13,122 nt of DNA from the NCBI GenBank assembly GCA_029838215.1, contig JALGVI010000082.1, forward strand, positions 1 through 13,122, given 5' to 3'. This stretch comes from Candidatus Helarchaeota archaeon (lineage in GTDB: Archaea; Asgardarchaeota; Lokiarchaeia; Helarchaeales; RDOG01). Below the pieces are notes generated by a model. That model searched no databases, was not told the origin of the DNA, and saw nothing but the letters and a program-made list of their open reading frames with translations. Positions 1-7,695 of the stretch are shown here, one piece after another. Each line of letters opens with the position of its first letter. The stretch's first letter is position 1. A program made the position numbers and the translations under genes.

Positions 1-821
1 GAGACAAGTTTCTCCGCTTTATTCAAGAATACATGAGTCGTGTTGTTCTCGACCGTGATGTTCACGATGGCCTTATCCAATTCATATATTCGTGAAATGA
101 TATCTCTTGAAATTGGTTCTGCAGTTTTTATTAAGACGTGGTCTCCGCCTAAAATGGAATCTTTTAGGTTTGCTGACGTGTCCAAAGTGACGAGCTTGCC
201 TCGATTTAATACCGCGATTCGATCGGATAACGCATCTGCTTCCGTCATTCTATTCGTGGCAAGAATTATCGTGCTTCCCTCTTGCTTCAATTGTCTTATG
301 AAATCCCACACGATATTTTTCATTTCGGGATCCAAGGAAATGGTCGGTTCATCGAAAAAAGCCACCTTTGGTCTTTGAAGAACGACTTTGCATAATTCTA
401 TTTTCTTCTTCGTTCCACCCGACAATTGCCATGCCGGCTTTGATGCGTGTTCTTTTAATTGAAGTTTATCAATTAAATGATCGATGCGTTCTTTTCGAGT
501 TTTTTTATCGACGCCACAGATTTTCCCATGCCAATTCAGGATTTCCTTGCAATTTAGGCTCCAGTCCAATTTTGGGTCCTGAAAACAGATACCTATTCTT
601 TTTCGAACTTGATCTGGTTGCTTCACGATGTCGAAGCCATCAATTATTGCCGTGCCTGATGTGGGTTTTAAAACCGTGCAAAGCATCAAAATCGTGGTGC
701 TTTTTCCAGCCCCATTTGCTCCTAGTAGTCCTAAAATTTCTCCACTTTTTATTGAAAATGAGAGGTCATTCACGGCAATGAGATCTTTGAATTTTCGAGT
801 CAAATGAATAGTTTCGATCAT
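1..821 (-). CDS. ABC transporter ATP-binding subunit, ABC-2/DrrA-like (3' end runs off the window)
   Basis: Not in the ORF track; translated by hand from ATG at 821 with no stop to the window edge: MIETIHLTRKFKDLIAVNDLSFSIKSGEILGLLGANGAGKST (Walker A), CFQ (Q-loop), LSGG signature, FFDEPT (Walker B), SLD (D-loop). The + ORFs 40..378 and 368..781 are its antisense shadow. Confidence 0.95.
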   Translation of the reverse strand, partial: MIETIHLTRKFKDLIAVNDLSFSIKSGEILGLLGANGAGKSTTILMLCTVLKPTSGTAIIDGFDIVKQPDQVRKRIGICFQDPKLDWSLNCKEILNWHGKICGVDKKTRKERIDHLIDKLQLKEHASKPAWQLSGGTKKKIELCKVVLQRPKVAFFDEPTISLDPEMKNIVWDFIRQLKQEGSTIILATNRMTEADALSDRIAVLNRGKLVTLDTSANLKDSILGGDHVLIKTAEPISRDIISRIYELDKAIVNITVENNTTHVFLNKAEKLV

Positions 822-861
822 TCCAAGTACCAGAATTCTTTTGTGATTTTAAAACTAAGTT

Positions 862-1287
862 CTACAAGCTATTTTCTTTCAACATTGATAGTAAATCGTT
901 GGTGGAATAAGTTTTTACTTCATTTTGCTTCATGAAATGTTTATCATCTGACCAGATTCCATCTAAATCTAAAGCTAATCCGATGGCAAGAAAAGGAGCA
1001 TCTTTGATGTCAAAATCTTGCATTATTTTCATTGCTCGTTCGAATTCTTCTTCATATTCTTTAAGAGATACAAAATATATCTGTTCTAACAGGATGAAAT
1101 AAAGGTTATCGAATAAATTTGGAGAAAGATTTGATTTTTTTATTAAATATTCTTCATATTTTTTAAATTCTTCCAAGATTTCGAATGGTGCATAAAACTC
1201 AAACTTATTACTTAACAAGATCAAACGGCTTACTGAGTCTTTAATGAATGCTGCAAAAAGACAATTCGAATCGATGACCAACTTCAT
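862..1287 (-). CDS. PIN-domain ribonuclease, VapC-like toxin
   Basis: 141 aa, N-terminal LVIDSN, later DAPF and IWSDDKHF acidic motifs typical of archaeal PIN proteins. ATG overlaps the upstream antitoxin stop (TAATG). Ends in TAG. Confidence 0.9.
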   Translation of the reverse strand: MKLVIDSNCLFAAFIKDSVSRLILLSNKFEFYAPFEILEEFKKYEEYLIKKSNLSPNLFDNLYFILLEQIYFVSLKEYEEEFERAMKIMQDFDIKDAPFLAIGLALDLDGIWSDDKHFMKQNEVKTYSTNDLLSMLKENSL

Positions 1288-1550
1288 TATCTTTTCGCCA
1301 TGAGCCGTTCAAGAATGTTCTCTTTAACTTTCTCGCCAATCTCTAATACATCGGCTTCCGTTAATTCACTATTTTGAAGAATCGAATCGAAGAATTTCTT
1401 TTTTTCTTCAAGATCAATCTCATCTAGTAATTCCAGTTTTCTTGTGAACTTTTCTATTGCTTGTCTTGCGATTTCGCTCCAACGTATCTCTTTATGTTTC
1501 TTCATGATGTTATATATTTCTTCAGGGATGGAAAGAGTGATGTTTGGCAT
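1287..1550 (-). CDS. Ribbon-helix-helix (CopG-like) antitoxin / DNA-binding protein
   Basis: 87 aa, MPNITLSIPEEIY...IRWSEIARQAI strand-helix-helix pattern; directly upstream of and translationally coupled to the PIN gene; GGTGA SD-like motif upstream. Confidence 0.85.
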   Translation of the reverse strand: MPNITLSIPEEIYNIMKKHKEIRWSEIARQAIEKFTRKLELLDEIDLEEKKKFFDSILQNSELTEADVLEIGEKVKENILERLMAKR

Positions 1551-1556
1551 AAAATT

Positions 1557-1561
1557 TCACC
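1557..1561 (-). promoter_or_regulatory. Shine-Dalgarno-like motif (GGTGA) for the RHH gene
   Basis: Minus strand reads GGTGA-AATTTT-ATG; GGTGA is the common archaeal SD core. Confidence 0.6.
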
Positions 1562-1570
1562 AATAAGATT

Positions 1571-1588
1571 ATATGTGATTTCACATAT
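1571..1588. promoter_or_regulatory. Inverted repeat, probable RHH antitoxin operator
   Basis: ATATGTGA-TT-TCACATAT, perfect 8-2-8 inverted repeat 21-38 bp upstream of the antitoxin start and abutting the acdA stop codon. Confidence 0.6.
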
Positions 1589-3043
1589 TTAATGGTTTAT
1601 TTGATTTCGCCATCGTTGATAGATGGATAGCTTGTTAACTACATTTACAGCCCTTTTCATGGACGGAAAATATGGGATTTCTAAATCGATCAATCCATCA
1701 ACGAATTCCTTACGTAATTTTGCGATTTGTTCATCAATGACATCGAAATTTGGGAGTATGCATATAATTGGTTTATTGGTTTTCTTCCTGGCTTTTTTTA
1801 TGTTACGAATGAAAGAGCGCCCTAAAAACGCATTTTCCATTCGTTCGATAAATTTTGGCAATCTTTCAATCATGAAGTAAAAAACTACAACGTCAACGTT
1901 TGGATCCTCAGCAACTATTGCAATTGTTTTTGCAAAAACTAAAGGCATCCACCCCAAAACTCCAAGATCGACTGGATTTCTCGTGTTCGTATTGATTGTT
2001 TGGATGTTTGCCTGTATTTTCTCACGAATTGCTTCTGATAATTCGGGAATTTCCAATCCCTGCCGTGCGGTCTCATCGGTCATCTCGACGCTGGAACCAC
2101 CACCGGGCACGAGCATTCCGATTTTCTTTCCCAGTTTCTTATCGAGCAGATATCGAGCACCAAATGTTAAATCTGCCAATTCTTCGAGTGATTCGGCAAT
2201 AATTCCTCCGTGTTGGCTGATGGCTGCTTTAAAGACTTCGTATGAAGAGTGTATGGCTCCTGTATGAGAAGATGCGGCAATTATTCCTTCCTCGGTTTGT
2301 CCTCCTTTCCAAAATATGACGGGTTTCTTCTTCGTGGCTCGTTTTAGGATTTCTAAAAATCGTTTCGTTTCTTTTATACGTTCAAGATAACAAGAAATCA
2401 CGTCTATTTTATCATCACTTGCAAAATATTCGATGAAATCCTGAATTTTCAAATCGCTTTGATTTCCCAGGCTTACGACTTTATTAAACGGAAATCCACG
2501 ATTTTCGCCGATGTGATAAAAAGTCCCCGTATGTCCACCTGATTGAGAGATGAAGGCAACTCGACCTTCTCGCTCATTTATTTCTAGAATTTCCGTCATG
2601 GTTATCCGACTTTCTTGACAATACGGTCCCAAGCAATTTGGTCCTATTATTCTCAGACCATTTGCTGTCCTTTGTAGCATTTCTTGCTCCAATCTCTTAC
2701 CCTTTTCTGTATTGAGTTCGCTGAAACCTGCCGTGAAAATCGTGCAAAATTTCACGCCTTTCTTACTGCACTGCTCAATTACATCCGGAACCGATTCGTT
2801 AGGAACTCCGATAATTGCATAATCAATTTCATCGGGAATGTCCAGAATGCTCGGATATGCCTTAATACCGAACATTACTTCCTTTCTGTTCCGATTCACG
2901 CAATAAATTTTCCCCGAATAGCCAACTCTTTTTAATGCATATAAATGGGCGGTTGCGCCTTTAATCGGATTGTCCGTGACTCCGATCAAAGCCACGGCAT
3001 TTTTTGGGTAGAATAATCGATCTAAGTCCACCATGATATTCAT
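1589..3043 (-). CDS. acdA: Acyl-CoA synthetase (NDP-forming), alpha subunit
   Basis: N-terminal CoA-binding domain (LDRLFYPKNAVALIG), IIGPNCLG, AFISQSGG, VSLGNQSD, KGGQT and phospho-His motif SHTGA, NPVDL. No ATP-grasp domain. Alternative start ATG at 3034. Confidence 0.9.
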   Translation of the reverse strand: MNIMVDLDRLFYPKNAVALIGVTDNPIKGATAHLYALKRVGYSGKIYCVNRNRKEVMFGIKAYPSILDIPDEIDYAIIGVPNESVPDVIEQCSKKGVKFCTIFTAGFSELNTEKGKRLEQEMLQRTANGLRIIGPNCLGPYCQESRITMTEILEINEREGRVAFISQSGGHTGTFYHIGENRGFPFNKVVSLGNQSDLKIQDFIEYFASDDKIDVISCYLERIKETKRFLEILKRATKKKPVIFWKGGQTEEGIIAASSHTGAIHSSYEVFKAAISQHGGIIAESLEELADLTFGARYLLDKKLGKKIGMLVPGGGSSVEMTDETARQGLEIPELSEAIREKIQANIQTINTNTRNPVDLGVLGWMPLVFAKTIAIVAEDPNVDVVVFYFMIERLPKFIERMENAFLGRSFIRNIKKARKKTNKPIICILPNFDVIDEQIAKLRKEFVDGLIDLEIPYFPSMKRAVNVVNKLSIYQRWRNQINH

Positions 3044-3303
3044 CTAATAGCAAGTGGTTTTGAATGAGTTTTCAATTGGTTAATCGAGTAGATATATTTG
3101 AAATTTGTCTAGAACGGAAGATTACACGTCATCGGAATGAAAGAATTGACGTTTACTTTAATTTTTCTCATGAATTTCTTAGTGAAGGCAAAACAAGCTG
3201 GAATTCTAAAACTTTTTATGTTTTGAGTTTTTACTTTCTCTCAATTAATGATGCCTCATCACGTGAATAATAATTTAGAAATTACATAAAGAGCGATGCC
3301 GTC

Positions 3304-4230
3304 GTGTTTCATTCGATTTATATTCTAAAAGATAATGGTGTCTGCTTATATACAAGGCATTATAAACCGGGCAGGGCTGATGATCAATTAATTTCAGGAT
3401 TTATGAGTGCATTCGGGAGCTTCGCAACGGAGGCACTGGGTTCTGAATTGCAGTCCATCCGTCTTAGGACACACGAGAGATTATCAATATTGCGTTACTA
3501 GCGCGCTCCCATACTCGGTATAATAATTGCAGATACTCGAGACCATCCGCATCTCATCTCGTCATTGTTGTCGGAGATTCTGGATGCATTTGATGTCGAA
3601 TTTCATGATGAGTTGGCTTCAAATAATCCATTAACGACTTTTAATTCCGGACGATTTGACAAGCAAGTTGACAAGATACTAAAAGGCAAGATTTCAAAAC
3701 GAACATTTACGAAAATGCTGATCGGGAACCTGTTATCATTCACTCTCATAATCTTGCTTGCCATTTTCCTGCTTACGGGCTTGTTGAGGTTATCTCCTTT
3801 CATAATACAAGAGGTGAAGTTGTTTCCAATCATAAATTTTTCTGATGGTCTAAATTCAACGGAGTTTTTTGTCTTGGAGTTAATCGTTGGAGGTGTTTCC
3901 TTGTTCATGATAACGTTGTGCATCTTCGTGTTTTTCCTTCCCGCTCTTCTTTCGGGTTATTTTGCGGGAAACATGCTACGCGGGATGATAAGTGCCATTC
4001 TACTCGGCTTTTTTACGGGTGTAATTCTATTTTTGGCTGGATCAGCGGCGGAAATACTCTATGGTGAGATAAATATCTTCTGGTTCTTTTTATTATATTC
4101 TCCCCTTTTACTTTTGATTGCAATAACATGTGGTTTATTCGGCGGTTATGTTAAACAGCGCCTTAAGCTCTATCCATTAGAAAAAGAAATTATATTGGAA
4201 ATGACAATCACGAAGAGAAGAACGACCTGA
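3304..4230 (+). CDS. Longin-domain protein with about 4 C-terminal TM segments, interrupted by one in-frame TAG at 3499-3501 (read-through CDS or recent pseudogene)
   Basis: Track ORFs 3304..3501 and 3565..4230 share a frame; codons 3502-3564 are open (RAPILGIIIADTRDHPHLISS). The joined sequence MFHSIYILKDNGVCLY...DQLISGFMSAFGSFA...ILRY*RAPILGIIIAD...LLSEILDAF...FDKQVDKIL reads as a continuous longin fold followed by hydrophobic segments. Confidence 0.75.
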
Positions 4231-4645
4231 TCCTGCTGAATAAATTTTTTTCTTCGATTTTTTTGTAATAATCTTCGATTTGTTTTTCAAGCATCTGGGT
4301 GAATTCCTTAAAGATGGTCTGATCGCCATCCCAATTTTTCAAGTAATCCTTGTAATAATCATGGAAACTATCGAGAGCAAATTCAGCTTCGCCACGTATG
4401 TCTTTCTTCTTCATGCCTGATTCCATCACGGCTATGAGGATTAACTCATGCCTGTATACGATGAACAGATCAATGTCTAGTCCCTTTATCAGAATTTCTT
4501 CAATTCTTCCGAGATTTTCTTCTCCAAAGACACTTAATGCACTTATAAAAGCTGAGATTAAATCTCCATTAAGAACATTATCCTTAATGACGCTAATAAA
4601 CGGGCGTCCGTCCTTGCCTGCTATGATAACGGCTTTCATCGACAT
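4208..4645 (-). CDS. Longin-fold protein (Asgard type)
   Basis: 145 aa, AVIIAGKDGRPF, DLISAFISALSVF, LILIAVM, WDGDQTIFKEF follow the longin beta-beta-alpha-beta-beta-beta-alpha-alpha pattern. Overlaps the convergent gene by 23 bp. Confidence 0.75.
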   Translation of the reverse strand: MSMKAVIIAGKDGRPFISVIKDNVLNGDLISAFISALSVFGEENLGRIEEILIKGLDIDLFIVYRHELILIAVMESGMKKKDIRGEAEFALDSFHDYYKDYLKNWDGDQTIFKEFTQMLEKQIEDYYKKIEEKNLFSRIRSFFSS

Positions 4646-4766
4646 TCTGCGACCTTCAACGGTTTTTATTTAAACTATATTTATAGTGAGGAAGAATTAT
4701 TTATGAATTCTTATTACAATGCTAGTTTAGAAAAAACTACACGATTGCATTACGAGGCACACGAGC

Positions 4767-5441
4767 TTGACTATTAAAAAGATAAATTTCTTTGGAAATA
4801 CGAATGTTGGCGTGTTTGGATACGCCACGGATAAATATTGCTTAGTTCCTGAAAGTTTACCGAAATCAATTATCAAAACGATAGAAGAAGTGCTTCAAGT
4901 CCCTGTTCATGCTCTCTTTTTAGGACAAGTTAGGATCCTTCACACGGTGTCTGTAGGCAATTCCAACGGGATGCTGGTACCAAATTTTACGACTCCCGAA
5001 GAAACTGCAGTGCTTAAGAAGATAGGAATTCCCTTTGCAAGGGTACCAAATGAATTAAATGCCCTTGGTAATCATGTTCTTTGCAACGATCATGGTTGTA
5101 TCGTGAATCCCGCATATGATTCAATGACGGTTCGGCTCATTCAGGACATTCTTGATGTTGAAGTCGTAAAAGGTCGGATTCTGGATGGCGAACCCGGGTT
5201 AGTCGGAACACACGCATTATGTTCGAATAAAGGGGTCTTGGTTCATCCTGATGTAGAAGATAATAAGGACGATACTTTAACTTGGATTAGTGAAATTCTA
5301 AAAGTTGAAGCCAATGTGGGCACGTTAAGTCAGGGTTTTTATCCCGGATCTGGTGCGATCGTTTCGAGTCATGGTGCCATCGTGGGTGAAGACAGTACAG
5401 GTCCAGAACTTGCCCGGTTTAGCCAAGTTTTTGAATTATGA
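4767..5441 (+). CDS. eif6: Translation initiation factor 6 (aIF6/eIF6), ribosome anti-association factor
   Basis: 224 aa, TTG start, GNTNVGVFGYATDKYCLVP, GNSNGMLVP, LGNHVLCNDHG, SNKGVLVHP, STGPEL: the repeated pentein pattern of IF6. Confidence 0.93.
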   Translation: MTIKKINFFGNTNVGVFGYATDKYCLVPESLPKSIIKTIEEVLQVPVHALFLGQVRILHTVSVGNSNGMLVPNFTTPEETAVLKKIGIPFARVPNELNALGNHVLCNDHGCIVNPAYDSMTVRLIQDILDVEVVKGRILDGEPGLVGTHALCSNKGVLVHPDVEDNKDDTLTWISEILKVEANVGTLSQGFYPGSGAIVSSHGAIVGEDSTGPELARFSQVFEL

Positions 5442-6275
5442 GCTTTCCTTTAAAAGCTGCTTGACTCTTTTAATCGGAACATCCAATCTATTCAAGATCT
5501 CTGTAATTTTTGCTTTTTGAGCACCATTCATTCCCTTGTTATCCAAAACGGCGAACTCCACCGGTTCAACCGTTCTTTCGATGGCTTTTTTAATCGTTTT
5601 TTCATCCACGGCATCTAAATGATACTTAGGAATGATATGAGAAAGAGCATACTCGGTATTTAACACCAATTTATTGAAGTTTGGACAATAATGCATTCCA
5701 CCGAATCCTATTCCCGTTGGATAACGTTTTTTTTCCAATGCCGCATCTGCAACTTTCATTATTGCTCGCGCAACCACTTCTGCACCCTGAGTGTCCTGCC
5801 AATTGGACTCATTGCTTCCCAGCTCTACAAAAACTAATGGTGTCGTGAGATTTGTCGGTCCGTGATGCGTTACCTCAAGTGTCGTGTCGAAAATCAGGCC
5901 TTTTTCTTCTTTCAATCGCGTGATTTCTTTTAGTGCCTCTTTCATTGCAAAAGCCGGTGCAACAGCAACATCTTTAGGTTCTCCGCCAAAAGTCGTATCC
6001 GTAGACCAATTTCCCGTGCAATGCGTGAGCAATGAAGGTTTTCCTGATTCTGATTTATGCTTTGACCCGAATATGTAAAGATCTGTCTTGAAATGCTCGT
6101 CCAAATGATTTGCAAAAATGGTTCTTTCTTTAATTGTCACTAAATCGATTTCCTTGAATTGGTAGATGGGATTTTCGTCAAAAGTTCCGCGTTTTTGGAA
6201 GTTAAAAAGTTTCAAAAGTTGTTTTTTGATGGTTTTTCCTGCCAAATCTTCTTGAGAAATGATGATGGTCGGCAC
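5436..6275 (-). CDS. dtdA: D-aminoacyl-tRNA deacylase, archaeal DTD2/GEK1 type
   Basis: SKHKSESGKPSLLTHCTGN, EVTHHGPT, FVELGS, GFGGMHY motifs. GTG at 6275 matches the usual family N-terminus; an in-frame ATG at 6326 abutting the ftsY stop is an alternative start. Confidence 0.92.
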   Translation of the reverse strand: MPTIIISQEDLAGKTIKKQLLKLFNFQKRGTFDENPIYQFKEIDLVTIKERTIFANHLDEHFKTDLYIFGSKHKSESGKPSLLTHCTGNWSTDTTFGGEPKDVAVAPAFAMKEALKEITRLKEEKGLIFDTTLEVTHHGPTNLTTPLVFVELGSNESNWQDTQGAEVVARAIMKVADAALEKKRYPTGIGFGGMHYCPNFNKLVLNTEYALSHIIPKYHLDAVDEKTIKKAIERTVEPVEFAVLDNKGMNGAQKAKITEILNRLDVPIKRVKQLLKESS

Positions 6276-6326
6276 TTTTCGACATCTTCTACGGGTTATT
6301 TTTTTAATTACGGAAGAATGATTCAT

Positions 6327-7220
6327 TCAGGAAATCATGTCTACGAATTTTTCTGGTTGAAATTCGATTAAATCGTCATATGATTGTCCATTTCCAAGAA
6401 AGATAATTGGTTTTTTTGTCGTAAAAATGACTGATATGACGGCTCCACCTTTCACGTCTGCATCTGCCATGTTCAAGATGGACGCATCAATTCCGATTTC
6501 TTTTTTGAATGTTTCGGCTTGCACGTAGGCATCGTTTCCAACAAGTAGTGAAGCAACGAAGATCTTCAGGTCTGGTTCTGCAACCCTGCAAATTTTACGA
6601 AGTTCATCCATGAGATTTCTGTTTGTTTCCATTCGACCTGCAGTATCTATCAAGACCACGTCGATATTCTTGCTTTCAGCATGGCTTACTGCATCAAATG
6701 CAACTGATGCTGCATCTGCTCCATATTCTCGTTTTATAATGCGGACGTCCAAATTTTTTGCATGCTTTGTTAGTTGTTCAATGCTGCCCGCTCGAAATGT
6801 ATCGGCAGCAGCTAAAACGACCGACTTCTTTCTTTTTTGCAATAAATGAGTAATTTTTGCGATTGAAGTTGTCTTTCCCGTGCCGTTTATGCCCAAAAAA
6901 ACCAAAATTGCAGGAGTTCCATTCTTATTCTTTTTTTCGATTATGTCAAAAAAATCGATGGGTTCATCGGGCGTGAGAATTTGTATCAAAGCATTCCTTA
7001 GTGCTTCACGGGTAATTTTCTTTACTGATCTATGGCGTCCGACTTCTTTACCTAAAAGTTGTTCTTTTTTCACCAACTCACAAATCTCTTCGGCGGCTTG
7101 ATATGCCACGTCATTTCGTGCGAGCTCAAGCTTAAAATCCATTAATACTTTTTCCAGATTGCTTTCATCAAGAGTTTTAATCCCTATTTTCTTGACAGCA
7201 CTCTTTAATTTCTCAAACAC
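6327..7220 (-). CDS. ftsY: Signal recognition particle receptor GTPase FtsY (NG domain only)
   Basis: GINGTGKTTSIAK, DTFRAGS, DTAGR, DADVKGG, GNGQSYDDL; downstream of pfdA as in the conserved archaeal cluster; GTG start. Confidence 0.95.
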   Translation of the reverse strand: MFEKLKSAVKKIGIKTLDESNLEKVLMDFKLELARNDVAYQAAEEICELVKKEQLLGKEVGRHRSVKKITREALRNALIQILTPDEPIDFFDIIEKKNKNGTPAILVFLGINGTGKTTSIAKITHLLQKRKKSVVLAAADTFRAGSIEQLTKHAKNLDVRIIKREYGADAASVAFDAVSHAESKNIDVVLIDTAGRMETNRNLMDELRKICRVAEPDLKIFVASLLVGNDAYVQAETFKKEIGIDASILNMADADVKGGAVISVIFTTKKPIIFLGNGQSYDDLIEFQPEKFVDMIS

Positions 7221-7245
7221 TAAAAATCAGCCTGTGGGAAATCAG

Positions 7246-7695
7246 TTATTGAGACATTCCAGGAGGCGGACTGCCTTGGATTTTTTGATACAGCTCGTTA
7301 AATCGTGGTCTTAATTGTTCTATTTGTTTGAAAATTTGTTCCATGTTTTGTTGAATCGTTGTTTGTGCTTTCTTTATTTCCTCTATCTTGACGCTAATGT
7401 TTTCTGATGCTTCTTTAGAACCCTGTTCAATGAAAACACTTGCCCCTACATTAAGAATGACATGTTTAGGATCTAAGACTTTCGCTCGAATCCGAGCAAT
7501 TTTTCCGATTGGCAAGAGAACTTCTTGTCCTGGTTCTACTCCATCCAAGTTTTCGATTGTGAAACTCACGTTTTCGAGGCTTAATATTGTTGATTGAAGG
7601 AGTTGAAGCTGTGATTGCAGGTTTTGCAGCTGGCCTTCATAAAACTGAATTTGCATTGCGATCTGATTGAGTGTATTGATATCATCTTGACTCAT
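7246..7695 (-). CDS. pfdA: Prefoldin alpha subunit
   Basis: Coiled coil / beta hairpins (EVLLPIG, VILNVGASVFIE) / coiled coil; lies between rplX and ftsY; AAGGAG SD-like motif at 7702-7707. Confidence 0.93.
   Translation of the reverse strand: MSQDDINTLNQIAMQIQFYEGQLQNLQSQLQLLQSTILSLENVSFTIENLDGVEPGQEVLLPIGKIARIRAKVLDPKHVILNVGASVFIEQGSKEASENISVKIEEIKKAQTTIQQNMEQIFKQIEQLRPRFNELYQKIQGSPPPGMSQ

Noticed and set aside
40-781. + strand ORFs 40..378 and 368..781
   Set aside because: Antisense shadows of the ABC ATPase on the minus strand.
766-864. Read-through of the PIN gene TAG
   Set aside because: It would add 31 non-conserved-looking residues and overlap the ABC gene start; the PIN domain is already complete, so this TAG looks like a true stop.
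3126-3266. Short inverted repeats (ACGTCA..TGACGT, TGATG..CATCA, TCACGTGA) and a box C-like GTGATGA on the minus strand
   Set aside because: Arms of 4-6 bp are expected by chance, and no box D (CTGA) lies at C/D sRNA distance.
3064-3270. 68-aa ORF in the acdA/longin divergent intergenic region
   Set aside because: No motif, and it occupies the space expected for two promoters; probably spurious.
3544-3586. Imperfect stem-loop about 40 nt after the in-frame TAG, as a possible recoding element
   Set aside because: Only two 5-bp helices with bulges; not distinguishable from chance without folding energies and conservation.
3565-4230. Independent membrane protein starting at TTG 3565
   Set aside because: No SD-like motif, the start lies mid-longin fold, and the upstream frame is open back to the TAG; better seen as part of 3304..4230.
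4674-4739. Palindromes ACTATA-TT-TATAGT and TAGTTT..AAACTA between the longin gene and eif6
   Set aside because: Short and in very AT-rich promoter DNA; could be regulatory but is not supportable.
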